Below, piece by piece: positions 1 to 13,004 of a DNA stretch of 64,000 nucleotides (position 1 is its first letter; each line of letters begins with the position of its first letter). Under the pieces are notes generated by a model, which saw only the letters and a list, made by a program, of their open reading frames with translations, was not told the origin of the DNA and searched no databases. The stretch covers positions 67,828,001-67,892,000 of the forward strand of contig NC_079172.1 in the NCBI RefSeq assembly GCF_947568905.1. The letters are read 5' to 3'. Position numbers and translations under genes: made by a program. The stretch is from Ostrea edulis. Its lineage: Eukaryota.

Positions 1-410
1 CTGATACAAATTCTTGACTTAGTTCAGGGTTATAACGTTTTATGTTGGCTGTGTCTTGATTCCTTAGATGTATCTGAACTTCGTCATATGGGTTTTGGAA
101 ATCTGACCTTCAACAGCATGTCTTGATTAGATAATCCTAAACACAACTGCTTCCTTCCACCGCACTATAAGAATGGAATTGATAGTGTCTCAAGGCTTCA
201 ATCGCACAGTAGCATTATGTCTAATGAACATTTGCCTAAGAGTGCTATATGCTCTTACAGGCATGCATGGAATAACATTTCCCGTCGAATAATTCTTGTT
301 GTAAAATCTTCTGATGTCTACATAACTTGTGTTACTCAGACTGTAACGCATTTTTCATTGTCTACTCTTGTACTGTAATAGTGTCGACTTTCGAGACTTT
401 ATCCGTTCAA

Positions 411-1275
411 TTTTAGCTCACCTGAGCTTTTCTGATCACCAGTTGTTCGGTGTCTGTTTGTCTGTCCGTCCGTTCGTCTATCCCTTTATCCGTCTGTCCG
501 TTGTTCGTCTGTAAACTTTTTTTTTTTTTTTACATTTTCAGCTTCTTTTCCAGAACGACAAAGCCAATTTCAACCAAACTTGATAAAAAGCATCTTTGAA
601 TAATGGGCTTTCAAGTATATTCAAATCAAGGGACATGCCCCTTTCAAAGGGGAGATCATCACAAAAATGTAAGAATAGAATAGATCATCTAAAAATGTTC
701 TTCTGAAGAACCACTGAGCCAAAAGAGCTGAAAGTCATATGAAACCTTCCTGACATGGTGCAGATTCAAGTTTGTTAAAACCATGGTCCCCGAGGGTAGG
801 ATGGGGTCACAATGGGGATATAAGATTTACATGCGAATATATAGGGGACATCTTTAAAAATCTTCTCAAGAACCATTGGGCCAGAAAAGTGCAAACTTAC
901 ATGAAAACTTTCTGACATAGCGCAGTTTCAAATTTGTAAAAATCTTGGTCCCCGGGGGTAGGATGGGGCCACAACAGTTTTAAATATAAATATATGGGGG
1001 AAATCTTTGAAAATTTTCTTTTCAAGAACCATTGGACCCGAGATCTTTACATTTACATAAAAGATTCCTGACATAATGCAAATTTAAGTTTGTTAACATC
1101 ACAACCCGTGGGTTTAGTGGGCCAAAATAGGGGATCAAAGTTTTACATAGAAATAGATAGGGAACATTTTTAAAATATTCTTGTCATGACAATATCATAT
1201 GAATATCTTGGGAAAATCTTTAAATATGGGCCAAAAGTGACTTAAGTCAGCGATGTGGTCCATGGGCTTCTTGTT
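411..1275 (+). mobile_element. Non-autonomous Helentron-type element (HINE) with internal ~167-bp satellite-like repeats
   Basis: Starts ttttagctcacctgagc, has a GTCC/GTCT microsatellite near the 5' end and internal degenerate repeats (gaaccattgggcc...ggggtaggatgggg), and ends gcgatgtggtccatgggcttcttgtt. The same architecture occurs inverted at 58241-59017. Family assignment is recalled from oyster HINE/Cg170 elements, not searched. Confidence 0.7.
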
Positions 1276-1483
1276 CTCTTTCCGTTCTACGGGGTCTGAA
1301 TAAACGAGCTTGCCTGCCACCCAATATATTGTAAGCAATTTTCTGCAGTAGGTCGCAGAAGTTAGGCGGATTTCTAACCGCCCCAATTCCAGTTCAGAGA
1401 AGGTTTTGAGTCTCGAATAAAGATTGCCGTTTTGTAATCTACTGTATATCTTAGATCTATTTTTTAACTGAACATAGCCTCAG

Positions 1484-2077
1484 GACAGCTGAAGAACTAT
1501 ATTGTACCGTAATGAACGAGGTGGGCATTTATACGATAAAGATTCTTTCTCACCAAATTGTCCATAGCATCTACCATAGGTTACCTCGCTAAATGTGAGC
1601 GAAGTTTTAAAGGAAATATTTTCAAAGAGAAAATACAAAGAATCGATCCATCAATCAGTCTTCGGGTTGGCTTTCAATGTACAGTGTACACGTATGTGTC
1701 ACAATTACCCTTGTTAACATACAGGCTCACTCTCTATATTTGTTTCATTTCGCCATGCTAATCCATATGACTGTTAGAAAGATATGATTTATCTAAACAA
1801 GATCCAAATATTCATGAATTTCAGAGTTTTGCAAAAAGGTTAATGAAATGGAAATCGAGATGAACCCGTACCTGAGGTTGATGAGAGATAAGGTAGTGGA
1901 GCTGGTTGAAGAATACAAGGAGATAAAAGGAATGGTTTTTGTACAGACAAGGGCGACCGCATTCGCTTTGGCACTGTACCTAACACAGGAACTGGGATTA
2001 CTAGGAAACGGAGGGTTGCGGGCGGCTCCGTTTACAGGGACCAACTCATCAGAAACCAGTCGGGGTAGAGAATTAGA

Positions 2078-2130
<53 letters not shown>

Positions 2131-3165
2131 AATATAAAGCAATGCTTCCAAATAACGATTTCATCTTGGATCTTTTACAGCAAATACTGGACATAAAATA
2201 TCATGCACATGTAGTGTTTATCTCTCTTGAAACAATAGGTATGCCTGATAGCCAAAAGAATGAAACATTGGAGAACTTTCGGAAAGGGAATGTTAACATA
2301 CTGGTGGCAACCTCTGTTGGCAGTGAAGGAATCGATGTTCCGGATTGTAACTTCATCATTACCTACAACTACACCGGAAACGAGGCCAGCGTAATCCAGA
2401 TGAGTGGTGAGATACCTGAAGAGTTAGATCGTGTATATTTATCTTATCAAAATTTTAATATAGTTCCGTATACCTGATATGAATCATAGATAGTAATTTC
2501 CATTATTCAGATGCAATTGATTTAATATTACTTTATTTTCGTTTATTCTGTTTTCAGGTCGAGCTCGCCAAACAGATTCCACTGTTGCGCACATTTCAGA
2601 CCAAGCGATCCAAAAGCGCGAGGAAATTAGTCTACAGAAAGAGAGACTGATGCAAGAAGCTTTTCGACGACTAAACTCTATGCTTCCAGAGGATCGAACA
2701 CGTAAAATCCTCAAATACCAAGAGGAGATACGCAACGCAGGTAATCCTTACTCCCCGGATGAGAGCATAAAAACGAAAGCATCGTTCCGGTTGATATGTT
2801 TCAAATGCCACAAAGAGGCTGTAAATAGCGAAGATATAAGAATATATGTCGGTCAACACCGAGTGGTGACGAATCCCGACTTCCGATCTCGCTGTGAGTT
2901 TGACATCAGCACAACGCCTTCAAGATACACCATTTCGATCATAAAGTGCATGGATTGCAAGCTAAAGTGGGGCACAACCTTCAGGATTGATCAGCTGGAA
3001 GTTCCGGTGTTAAAAGTGACAGCGTTTCTATTCACAATGGGGGGAGAAGAAGGCCGAAGGTTCAAAAAGTGGGGCAGAGTGGATTCCCACATTGAAAGCA
3101 TTAACAAAACCGAGCTGTTGGAGATGTACAAAGAAAATACAGATGTACAGGAAGATGGAGACTAA
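1484..3165 (+). CDS. RIG-I-like receptor (DDX58/IFIH1/DHX58 family DExD/H helicase), 3' part; 5' exons not identified
   Basis: Exons 1825-2064, 2239-2406 and 2558-3165 join in frame through GT-AG introns. They give EMNPYL, motif IV GMVFVQTR, motif V LVATSVGSEGIDVPDCN, motif VI QMSGRAR and a CTD with CxxC pairs (CFKC, CMDC) plus FKKW. Two further phase-compatible exons, 1484-1520 and 1580-1691, are less certain. Confidence 0.9.
2082..2127. repeat. (GA)n microsatellite in RLR intron
   Basis: Pure GA run starting about 17 nt after the 2065 donor. It explains the ER-repeat and SL-repeat ORFs. Confidence 0.95.
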
Positions 3166-5039
3166 TGATTTTACTGAAAGGAAGTTCCATGCCCATATTA
3201 TTGAAATAGTGGTAGCATATTTTCATCACTACCTTTAACTTTGATTTGCGTGTTATCAGTTTACTATTTCTTTAACAAATAGAACATGAACAGGATTTAT
3301 TTCAGTACTTCACTTTTATTTGGAATTGACACAATAAAATCCTTTATGATTATGCGTCTTTTTCTTTTAATTTCCTTTCTGTAAGTTTGAGTTGTTTCTT
3401 GTTTTACAATTACAACATGTCATTAGATCGAGTGCTGTCTGACGTGTTTCATACCAATTGTTACACCGGTCTTTACATACTGATTTCGACTACGGATTAC
3501 CCCGTCTACCTGGTCAAGATACTGCGCTCACAGCTGAAATGACCGATCAACAGGGCATGCTTTTTCTTCCTAGACACCTGAGTTAATCTCTAGTGTTTTC
3601 AGAGTCCGTGCTTGTCATATTCCTATTTTGTACTCTTTATAGAATATGTGGAATTGGGTTTTTGGAAGCTTAAGCATCCCCTTCGTATATGAATCGGGCA
3701 ATTAAAACACCTCGAAATCAATAGCCAGTCCTTTTAATCATTTTCTTGCAAATCACTCAATGATTATCCCTTACGACCAATCATATTGGGATGAATAGCT
3801 GTGTTATCAGAAAATGACATTTAATATTGAAAAGCAGCAATAAAACTTTCTGCAAAAATTTTGGACACATCACTTCCTGTCTCATATTTTATGACGTCAT
3901 CAGCCTTGATCCGGATATTCCGTTAATGGATCGATCTATCCGACGCAGCAATTCATTGGTCTCCGTTTCCACGGAATAGTCTTTTTGGAATAAAAGAAGT
4001 GTTTTCGTTGTCATTCATTTCAACTTTTCCATCGTTCTTTTCCTTTCATCTTTCATGTCACTTCGAAAATTAGTGTCAACTCAAGGATCCTCCAAAGGAG
4101 ATTTGTCAATTTATACTGATCAATTTTTTGATGGACATTTTGTCATTTACCCCATTCTCTTTCACCGTTTGAGATTTCCAATGAGCATATTTGGCGTACT
4201 CTTTGAAATATTCTTAATGAACTCGCGTACTGTTCAATTCCTTGGTGTTTTCCTCTTTCATATGTCAGAGTTATGAAATTGATTACTGTTTGTTATCTTC
4301 GCTTTTCATATGGGGCTTGAAGTGTTTAAGCATTCTCTTAAACGTCTTATTCACTTATTTGTCGCCGTGCTCTCTCCGAGGACTCCTCCCCATGTTCCAT
4401 ATTTTCTTCATATTCTGATTATGCAAAGCAGATTCTTCGAAAATCCTCATTATCTATATTCCACATTTTGAAGGAAATTATATCACCGTTGTCTTCTTCA
4501 TTTTTCTTGGAATTTCGGGGAATCACATTCTTTCTCAGTAAATGTTGCATAACTTCATACAGAAGTCGTCGCGAGAAGGCATTTCTTTTAGGGGTCCAAG
4601 GAAATATTCATCATCTTTCTCAGTAATATCCATCTGATAAAAAGAACTTCAATAACGCGCCCGCAGGGATACAAAAGGGACAATTGTTTGACATACACAG
4701 GTAGGTATCCGTAGATCTAGACGTGGCCGACTTCTAATGTCCTGTATAGGCTGCTAGGATAGATCAAGTGCATTGGCGAGCGAGGGTCATAATCTGCTCC
4801 TGATCTATGGATTTGTCTGACATTTTCGTCTTTTGTTTGGACCCATGTTGACATTCATGAAACAGGAATGGCTACTTACTAGAGTTCTATGATAACTTCT
4901 GTGAAGAAATCGTTATGTGAGAATCTTTGAAAGATATTGGCTTGAAATGTTTCAAACCAACAGATCCCTTGTACTTGGGTAAACAAAATTAGACCCAGAT
5001 TTATGAGAATATTTAAAATGAGTTTCCCTTCTGTAAATA

Positions 5040-5920
5040 ATGTGGGTTTTTTGCGAATTATTTGATTTGTTGGAAGAGCTTGCCACTCCTGATGCCGTTC
5101 CAGTGTCAAGTCATCTAATGTTTAAATTAGCACTGTCCTTTGACGAACTCACTGACTAATGATGTCCCAAAATGTGCTTAATGACTTCGAGCAGGCCATG
5201 GCAGTATCGCAAATGACTTTACGCAAAAACGTTTGCACAGTACGATGTGGTCTGGAGTTGTCATCCATGAACACTGGCCCTGGTCAAACGGGGTTATTGT
5301 CAACACGTACAGTAAGGATGTCCCTTTGTTAATTTTGTGCATTAAAGTTGCCCATACCTGAAATAAGATCCGGATTTACAGTAGTAAGAAAAATAGCCCA
5401 ACACCATAACTGATTGTCCACCAAATGAAATCGTATCTACAATATTTCGTTCAGTATATGCAGTTCTAGATTGACGCCATACATCTGTGATATGTACCAA
5501 AAACCGACTCTAGTCCCACCAATGGACTTTCCTCCAAGAAGCAAGGTTCCAACGTTGGTGGGCTTGACAACATAGTATGCGTGCTGTTTTGTGGTTGGAA
5601 ATGAGCAACTATTTCTTTATGGATCTTCTTGGAAAGAACTTCAGTTGATTCCGCACTGTTCTCGTTGACAGCAAACGATGTGGCAACCGTACCCTTTTTA
5701 AAACTGGCCTATTGGATAAAAACTTTGTAAACTTCCTTCTCAGTGCATTGTAGTCCCGAACAAATGTTATATTAAATCTTCCAGATCTTGCATGATCGTT
5801 GACGTCATCTGTTAAATGGTACTTTTTGACAATTCTGCAGATGGTTTAATGACGATGACCAATTTGTCTCGATGCCATACCTGCTTCCCTCATTCCTACA
5901 ATCTGTCATCGGACTATATT
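5040..5920 (-). mobile_element. Degenerate Tc1/mariner transposase remnant
   Basis: Broken minus-strand frames read IVKKYHLTDDVNDHARSGR (HTH linker), FMDDNSRPHR (catalytic-core motif) and TLDDLTLERHQEWQALP (C-terminus). Confidence 0.6.
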
Positions 5921-6039
5921 TGAGATTTGCGGAGGGTCGATAATTTCGATGTGTAAAAAAGTATACTTAATCTATCAAAGTGTACTGGTTAAACGATGAA
6001 CTAAGGTGCTATGAACAAAACTTGCAACTAAGGCATTAT

Positions 6040-6375
6040 GATTGATTGATTGATTGTATCTTGTTTAACGTCTCTCCATTTTTCACTCATATGGAGACGT
6101 CACCAACACCGGTGAAGGGCTTCAAATTTAGGCCTGTGTTCGGCGCTTACGCCATTGAGCAGTGAGGGTTCTTTAGCGTGTCACTCCTACTGTGATATGG
6201 TACATCCGTTTTTAAGGTCATCACCGAGGACCCGTGACATTCACCTGATGCCGAGCGCTTGGCGATGGAACTGTCAATACCTGTTTTAACGACTTATGTC
6301 TGCTGCGGCCGGGATTCGAACACCGACCTTCCGCGTGCGGAGCGAACTCTCTAACCTCTAGACCATCGCAGCAGT
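6040..6375 (-). mobile_element. tRNA-derived SINE
   Basis: B-box-like ggtgttcgaatccc in the minus-strand head and an (ATCA)n tail at about 6040-6058. Related fragments lie at about 44075-44130 and 47280-47512. Confidence 0.7.
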
Positions 6376-7289
6376 GCTATGAGCAAACCTCGCAATTCTG
6401 TTGAAAGTAAATACAATGGTCGCACGGGTGATTTTCGATCAACAGAGTAGACAATATATACATGTAATTGAATACAGGGTGTAACATGGATATAGCGGTA
6501 TATGCTATGGTACGATACATCAATCCAGAATGGGATATTCATCCATAATTTAGAATCCACTTCAGATAAGTGCTTACAATGTAAAGAAATGCATATCAAT
6601 ACAATATAATTCATTATGCATCTTATATTTCATGCATGTTCCCTCGAAGAGGATCTTCAGTACTGCCATTCACAGAGCGACACTTAAACCAGAGAGCAAA
6701 AATTAAATCTGAAAATCTTCACGAATAATACTATGTGAGTTTCCTTTTATGACAACAGTACCAAGTTCTGTCCACGATTTCACTCGCATTCTAAAAAAAT
6801 TATAAAACAAGACAACTTGTTTTTACTTATTAATATCAATGATTGAATTCCTGAAAATAACATGTAAAACTTCCGCTATACCTCGTTTCGGTTAAAACCA
6901 AACTGGACATTGGTACTAACATTAAAAGAATTTAACCATGAAAATAATGTCGGGTTAAAACTAGAAGTAAACAACTTAACAAACTCGACTAATTTGCGAT
7001 TAGACAGTTTGTGGCTGAAAGATATAAGACAACTTTAATATTTGATAAAGTCCTCCTTGAGATTTTTCTTTTATCATTTGACAGCATCAATATTTTCCTT
7101 CTCCGTTATTTCAGTCAAGTTCTTCGAAAACACTTAGATCACCATTCAGAGTGTCTACCGCCAAAAGTTTCACTCAAATTGCGATGTTACCAGAAATAAA
7201 TGAGTTACAACACATTGTAATTGAGACCTATGTTTAGCACTCATAGCCTTGAGGGTTTGTCTGCCGTGACACAGGACTTCCGCTTTTAA

Positions 7290-7615
7290 GGAGGTAATAA
7301 CTAAATCGTCATCATGGCTGACTTCCTTTTAAGACATGAATGAAAATATAGATATCTACAATATTTGTATATTCCCTTTGAATCCAATCGCCTAGCTGGG
7401 GAGTTCAGTCAATTAATATGTTGACTGCTGAACTGTAGATCGCAGGCGGGAGTCTAGCAGGGGGTTTAATTATTTTTTTTCCAGATTACTTTCTACTAAA
7501 ACGGCATATACGACTAAATGAAGTAAATTTGAAAGGATTCGTTTCCAAAATGTTGTTGTACATATCCTCCATTTCTTTTATCGATATTAAATATTCTCTG
7601 CTGTAGTATTCCTCC
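7290..7615 (+). mobile_element. TTAA-flanked MITE (Kolobok-type GG...CC ends) with internal tRNA-like segment
   Basis: ttaa (7286-7289)|ggaggtaata ... tattcctcc|ttaa (7616-7619), with internal tagctggggagttcag...gagtctagcagg. Family members start at 11677, 26209, 26892 and 35407. Confidence 0.6.
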
Positions 7616-7968
7616 TTAATTGATCTGACTATTTTGCCATCAAGGAAATATTATCAAAGTTCACTGAACCTTTGCAAGTACTTTTCAAACTGTTCATCCA
7701 AATTTCACTGGTGTATTATTCATCCTTAGGTTATATCTGCAAACCCCATGATTTTCACTTCTAAATGCCGAGCGTTTACCGAAGGAGGATTCACCACTGT
7801 TTGACACGGCCATGGCACGAGAGGATCTCCCGTTTACGAAGCTAACGCTCTACCACAGAGCTACCGCGACTGGCAACATTAAATGTAACAATAACTCATT
7901 CGTCATCTAACCACGATCATCTTAAAACCATATCATATAATATTATAGATATATATATTCAAGAAACA

Positions 7969-7970
<2 letters not shown>

Positions 7971-8048
<78 letters not shown>
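7971..8048. repeat. Compound (TC)n(AC)n microsatellite
   Basis: Directly visible. Confidence 0.95.
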
Positions 8049-8052
<4 letters not shown>

Positions 8053-8339
8053 TATTTCTACAAACAGAATACGGATATTAACACTAGTAAGAGATAGCGC
8101 TTCTCATACTTTGATAACAATTGTTAAAATGTAATCAGTGTGTCATATCAAAATTAAACTCATCGTGGACAAGTTATATCTAAAACGAAAGTACTTTTGT
8201 CAAAGGAATATTAATTTTGTACAGGAAGACGCCCAGATAACAACAGATTTTAACTTGTTAATTTTACCACTCAGTGGCAGTTTCGCGAAACACACTATAG
8301 CAACAGATGCTGATTTTATTTATGGATATATCATTCTAG

Positions 8340-11300
8340 ATGGATACAGAAATCAACCCATGGCCCGTTGTGTGTGCTATTGACTTTGGGACTACATACA
8401 GTGGATATGCTTATTCCATGCGTACTGACTATGAGAGAGATCCACTGTGTATCGAGGCGAACCCAGCCTGGTTCAACGATGGTCAAGGAACAATGAAAAC
8501 GCCTACGTGTATTCTATTCGACAAGTCAAAAAACTTTCACTCGTTTGGGTATGAGGCTGAGAGGAAGTATGCCTCTTTAGCAGAAAAAGCTCAAGAGCGA
8601 CAGAATGGGGATGAAGATGAGGATGATGACGACGAAGATGTTGATATCGACGAGGAGAAAAGTGGGAGTAGAACAAAAGACAATTTTAAAGATTGGCTTC
8701 TCTTTCGGAGGTTTAAAATGAAGCTATTCCAAAATGAAGATTCGACAGTGGTATGTGTCAACATGAATTGAATCAAATTGATAACATTTTTATCGTACCT
8801 GCTTCCGATGTAATGATCTTTATCGGAAGAGAGCTCACAAAGGTTATTCCTGTTCCACGATCTTTTTTAGTTTTGTTTAGATTAAATATACTCTATATCT
8901 CTGTAAAGAACATGTTTTACATTATTTCAAAGAAATCTACACCGAAAGAATATAAAGTATGTGTATTTACAAAAAAAACAATCATCATAAGGGGAAATCA
9001 GTTTCATAAAAATATATCAATTGTAAACTGTTCTGGAACAAGCCTTCAGTTTTGGAATCAGAAACCCATATTGATAACATCTCAAAAACATTGCGGGGAG
9101 AAAGTTAAATGATGTTCAGGATTCTCACTCCTTTCAACCTTAGTAATTCATTTGTCCTAGATTTCTACTCATGTTCATTCTAAAATGTGAATAGAACACA
9201 ATTTAAACTACACATATGCGGTACTATTTTCAGAGAAGAAAGAAGTTAAACAAATTGCATTTGAGTGCAGAAAATGGAGAAAAACTTCCAGCTGTGAAAG
9301 TATTTTCAGAAGCCATAAGATATCTCAAAAGACACTTTGAAGGTTTATTGGAGAATACAACACTGCGACAAGATGGTAATCGAAGCAACAGTCCTGCAAT
9401 ATCAGCAGACGATGCACAACAATTATCAGACGACAGTGAATGTACGCAGAACTCTAATGCATCACGTGATATATCAGAAACAATGAAGAATTCCGATTCG
9501 AACGTTTTATCTTGGTCTGATGATATTTTGTGGGTTCTCACTGTTCCTGCTATTTGGTCTGACGAAGCCAAACAGTTCATGAGAGAAGCTGCTATTCAGG
9601 TACCGCTAGTGAAATGTTAAACCATTGCCAGCTGAATTGCGCATTAAATGTACCTGTTAGAATTTGAAGTAGAGTAACGGACGGTTGATTAGTAACTTGA
9701 CTATTTTGTGAAATGAATTACGATTAATAAGATATATGTATGCATTGTGAAATGAACATTTTAATTAAAGAAAAGAAACTTCTATTTTAGGCCGGTATTG
9801 AGGATGATAAATTGGTTTTGGCCTTAGAACCGGAGTCGGCAGCTCTGCTTTGTAAACAGTTAGCCCTGATCAAAGGCGTCGACGATATCAACATCAAGAT
9901 GTTTGACACCGGAAGCAAGTTCATGGTGGTAGACTGTGGAGGTAGGGATGGATCTTCAGTGATTCTGTATTTATGCTTAGTGATGCATTTCATTCTACCT
10001 AGCAATAAAACAGATACTAGGTCAACTAAAGCAAACTCTTCAAAACTGCTTCAATATGGCATACTGTGGAATCGCTGAAATTCGTCAGGGATGTATTTCA
10101 TGAATTGTTGATATTTTACACTTGTGGTAGGATTTGATTTCGTGTCCTGTATATCTTTTTTGTAAAATAAACATCATATAAATTGTGCACTTTCGTTCTG
10201 GTTTGAAATTCATACTGATGTTGACTGTGGATAACTCCGTTTACCTGATCAGGATATGGGGCTCACGGCGGGTGTGACCGGTCAACAGGGGATGCTTACT
10301 CCTCCTAGGCACCTAATCCCACCTCTGGTGTGTCCAGGGGTCCGTGTTTGCCCAACTATCTATTTTGTATTGCTTGTAGGCGTTATGAGATTGATCACTG
10401 TTCGTTATCGTCACCTTGCATGTGATATCCAGGGAAACAGAATCCCACGAAATTGAAAGATTCCGCAGAAAATGTCAATTTTAGTTATTAAAAGTATTTT
10501 GTATTGTGCCATATGTTTGTAGGCGGTACAGTAGATGTAACAGCATACGAGGTGAAAGACAGCAACTCTCTGAGAGAAATACACTGTGCCTCAGGGAATG
10601 ACGTAGGAGGAACCAATGTCGACAGACTGTTCTTCGATCTGATACAAGATATTTTTGGGAAGAAAGCAGTCAAATGTTTCAAGGATAAATCCCCGTCTGA
10701 TTATTTAGAACTATTGAGAAGCTTTGAAACGAAGAAACGCGGCATCGAACAAGGAAATCCCGATGAGGAAAAGGCTGAATCAATTACTTTTTCAAACCTT
10801 TCGGATCTTTTCAAAGAATGCAGCAAGGCTAACAAGAACAATGATAAAGCAGTAACCTCACGAATACAAGAGATGGACTTGAAGAAGAAAATAAAAGCAT
10901 TCAGTCGTGCAAAGTTACGCTTTGACACGAAATATCTGATTGAGGCTGTCTTTGACAACCCCATTTCGGCCATAGTAGGTCACTTACAAGATCTTAATCA
11001 AACTGAGAAAGTAGCTGAAATCGATATTATTTTACTTGTGGGTGGCTTCTCCGAATGTCCGTTATTGCGGAAAGCTATCAAAGCTCAATTTCCTAACAAA
11101 AAGGTGATAAATCCGCGAGAAGGAAGCAGCGCTGTGATGAAAGGGGCTGTTCTGTTTGGACACAGTCCCGAAAATATGATACGGAAATCCATTCAACTAG
11201 GACAGGCATTTCCATCCAATGAGACCCAGGGTATTATCCGAAAAAGCAAGGCGTATTATGGCGTCGCTACAGACGTTCCTTTCATTGAAGATGAACATCC

Positions 11301-11661
11301 ACCGATGCATAAATTTATCAGCGAGAGTGGAGAGGTGGTTTGCACGGACGTTTTTGATTGCTTGATTGAAAAAAACCAAGAACTGAAGTTAGGTACTGTC
11401 ATAGAAAAAAGATTTTGTTCATCCAACTCTTTTGAGGCGAACGTTGAAATTTACCGATCTGGCAATAACGTCCGTTACTGTTCTGATGAGGGTTGCAAAA
11501 GGATTGGACAAATTTCTGCAGAATTTCCAGAAAATATCCATTATTCTGAAAAAAGATTATTTAAAATCCAGCTACACTTTGGGTTTACGGAGAAAATAGC
11601 CATAGCTGTTGATCTTACAACGCAACGATCTTGGAAAGTAAAACTTGACTGTCTTCTTTGA
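8340..11661 (+). CDS. HSPA12A: Heat shock 70 kDa protein 12A-like, copy 1 (688 aa predicted)
   Basis: Exons 8340-8750, 9234-9599, 9791-9941 and 10523-11661 have GT-AG junctions and total 2067 nt in frame. Motifs: AIDFGTTYSG, WVLTVPAIW, LALEPESAA, VVDCGGGTVD, LVGGFSECPLL. Confidence 0.92.
10213..10420 (+). mobile_element. Penelope-like element terminal fragment in intron 3 of HSPA12 copy 1
   Basis: Matches the ctcacggcgggtgtgaccggtcaacagggg...ttcgttatc termini at 15460-15610 and 16230-16385. It is absent from the homologous intron of copy 2 (about 24950). Confidence 0.7.
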
Positions 11662-12703
11662 TACTGTTCGAATTAAGGAGGAATTGATAACACCTCATCA
11701 TCATGCATGACTTATTTTTGAAACATAGATAAAATCATAAATATCAGCTAGACTTGTATATTTATTTTAATTACAATAATCTAGCTGGATAGCTCAATAG
11801 GTTAAGGTGTCGATTGCTGATCTATATCCTAGGTTGGAGTCAAGCAGCAATTTTATTTTATTCAGATTACTTTCTACTAAAACTGTATTTTTTTAACTAA
11901 ATAAATCAAATTTTAAAATTTTGATGATGTCTCATATAGATTGACGGTATTGTGATTGCTACGAGATTGATCGCTGTTCATTATCTTCGTCTTTCATGTA
12001 ATCAATTTTTATTCCACTTTCTTAACAATGTGCAAGTTATGAAGTTTTTGTTTATGGTTGTTGCTGTTATTAATAAATTCCGCGCAGTCAACATCTTTTT
12101 GTAATGCCACCCATTGTCAAGAAATGATGACAATAGCAGCGTTTTCTCATGCTGTAGTGAAGGCGTGGTTTTATCAATCAGAACGTGATAGTATTTATTT
12201 TTAGATGTTTCTCAACCAATCAGAGTTATCTAATTTACATGAAAGTTTAATATCATGTTTTGTGCACCACTTTCCTTTTACTATTCTCAGTGTTTTAGTA
12301 AGCAAAGTTATTTGAACTGAAAACACTAGACGTGTAGGCTATTGGAAACTAAATTAAATGACGATTTTTTTGTAGAAAGTTAAAGGATATATGTCCAAGA
12401 AGAAATTGAAAATTTGGAAATAAATGACCTTATAAATAAATGAGAACATGTTAAACTATGCATCAAAAAATTGTGTACAAACTATTCTAAACATTTAGCT
12501 AACAGTAAGAAAAAACATAATGTTTATAAAGATGCAAATTAAAAAGATAGAATCAAAACAATTCTCTGAAATAAACATGAACTATGAACGTATACTTGAG
12601 AGAGAAATTGATGATGATTATGCTGATAAATGTAGTGGAGCATACATACGTTCTTGGTCTATATGGATAGAAAGAGGAGAACAAAGCTCGTCTTACTTTC
12701 TAA

Positions 12704-12981
12704 GTACTTCGTTACTAGCTTGAAAATACGGATGTATATTTAATTGCGGTTATAAAATTTAGAAATTCATTTCAAAATTAAGGATTATCTCCCCATGCAT
12801 ACCTCTTATCCTTGGACGAATTTGGCTTCACTTTTTTGGCACGCTGTTTTTGGCTATATTTAGCTCTAAAACTTCATAGTTATTTCGGATTTCAAACATT
12901 TCGGTTGAGCATCACTGAAGAGACTTTATTTGTCGAAATGCGCATCTGGTGCATCAAAATTGGTACTGTATAAGTTTTACA
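12704..12981. mobile_element. ~280-bp short interspersed insertion with 7-bp TSD (tttctaa)
   Basis: tttctaa at 12697-12703 and 12982-12988. The empty site (actttctaaaccttcc) is in the duplicated flank at about 27941-27956. A related copy lies in the opposite orientation at 19598-19813. Confidence 0.7.
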
Positions 12982-13004
12982 TTTCTAAACCTTCAAAAAA
13001 AAAC

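Noticed and set aside
1793-2477. ORFs with poly-SL or poly-ER tracts, and the in-frame read-through MLPNNDFILDLL...
   Set aside because: These are products of the (GA)n microsatellite and of intron sequence flanking real RLR exons.
7280-7620. Sequence resembling the HSPA12 3' flank upstream of copy 1, suggesting a lost fourth copy
   Set aside because: The similarity is confined to a TTAA-bounded MITE that is complete here, and no HSPA12 coding remnant adjoins it.
11782-11850. tRNA-like sequences (also about 7392, 26311, 26997, 35510)
   Set aside because: The stems are too degenerate for a cloverleaf and they lie inside a repeated MITE. They are not called as tRNA genes.
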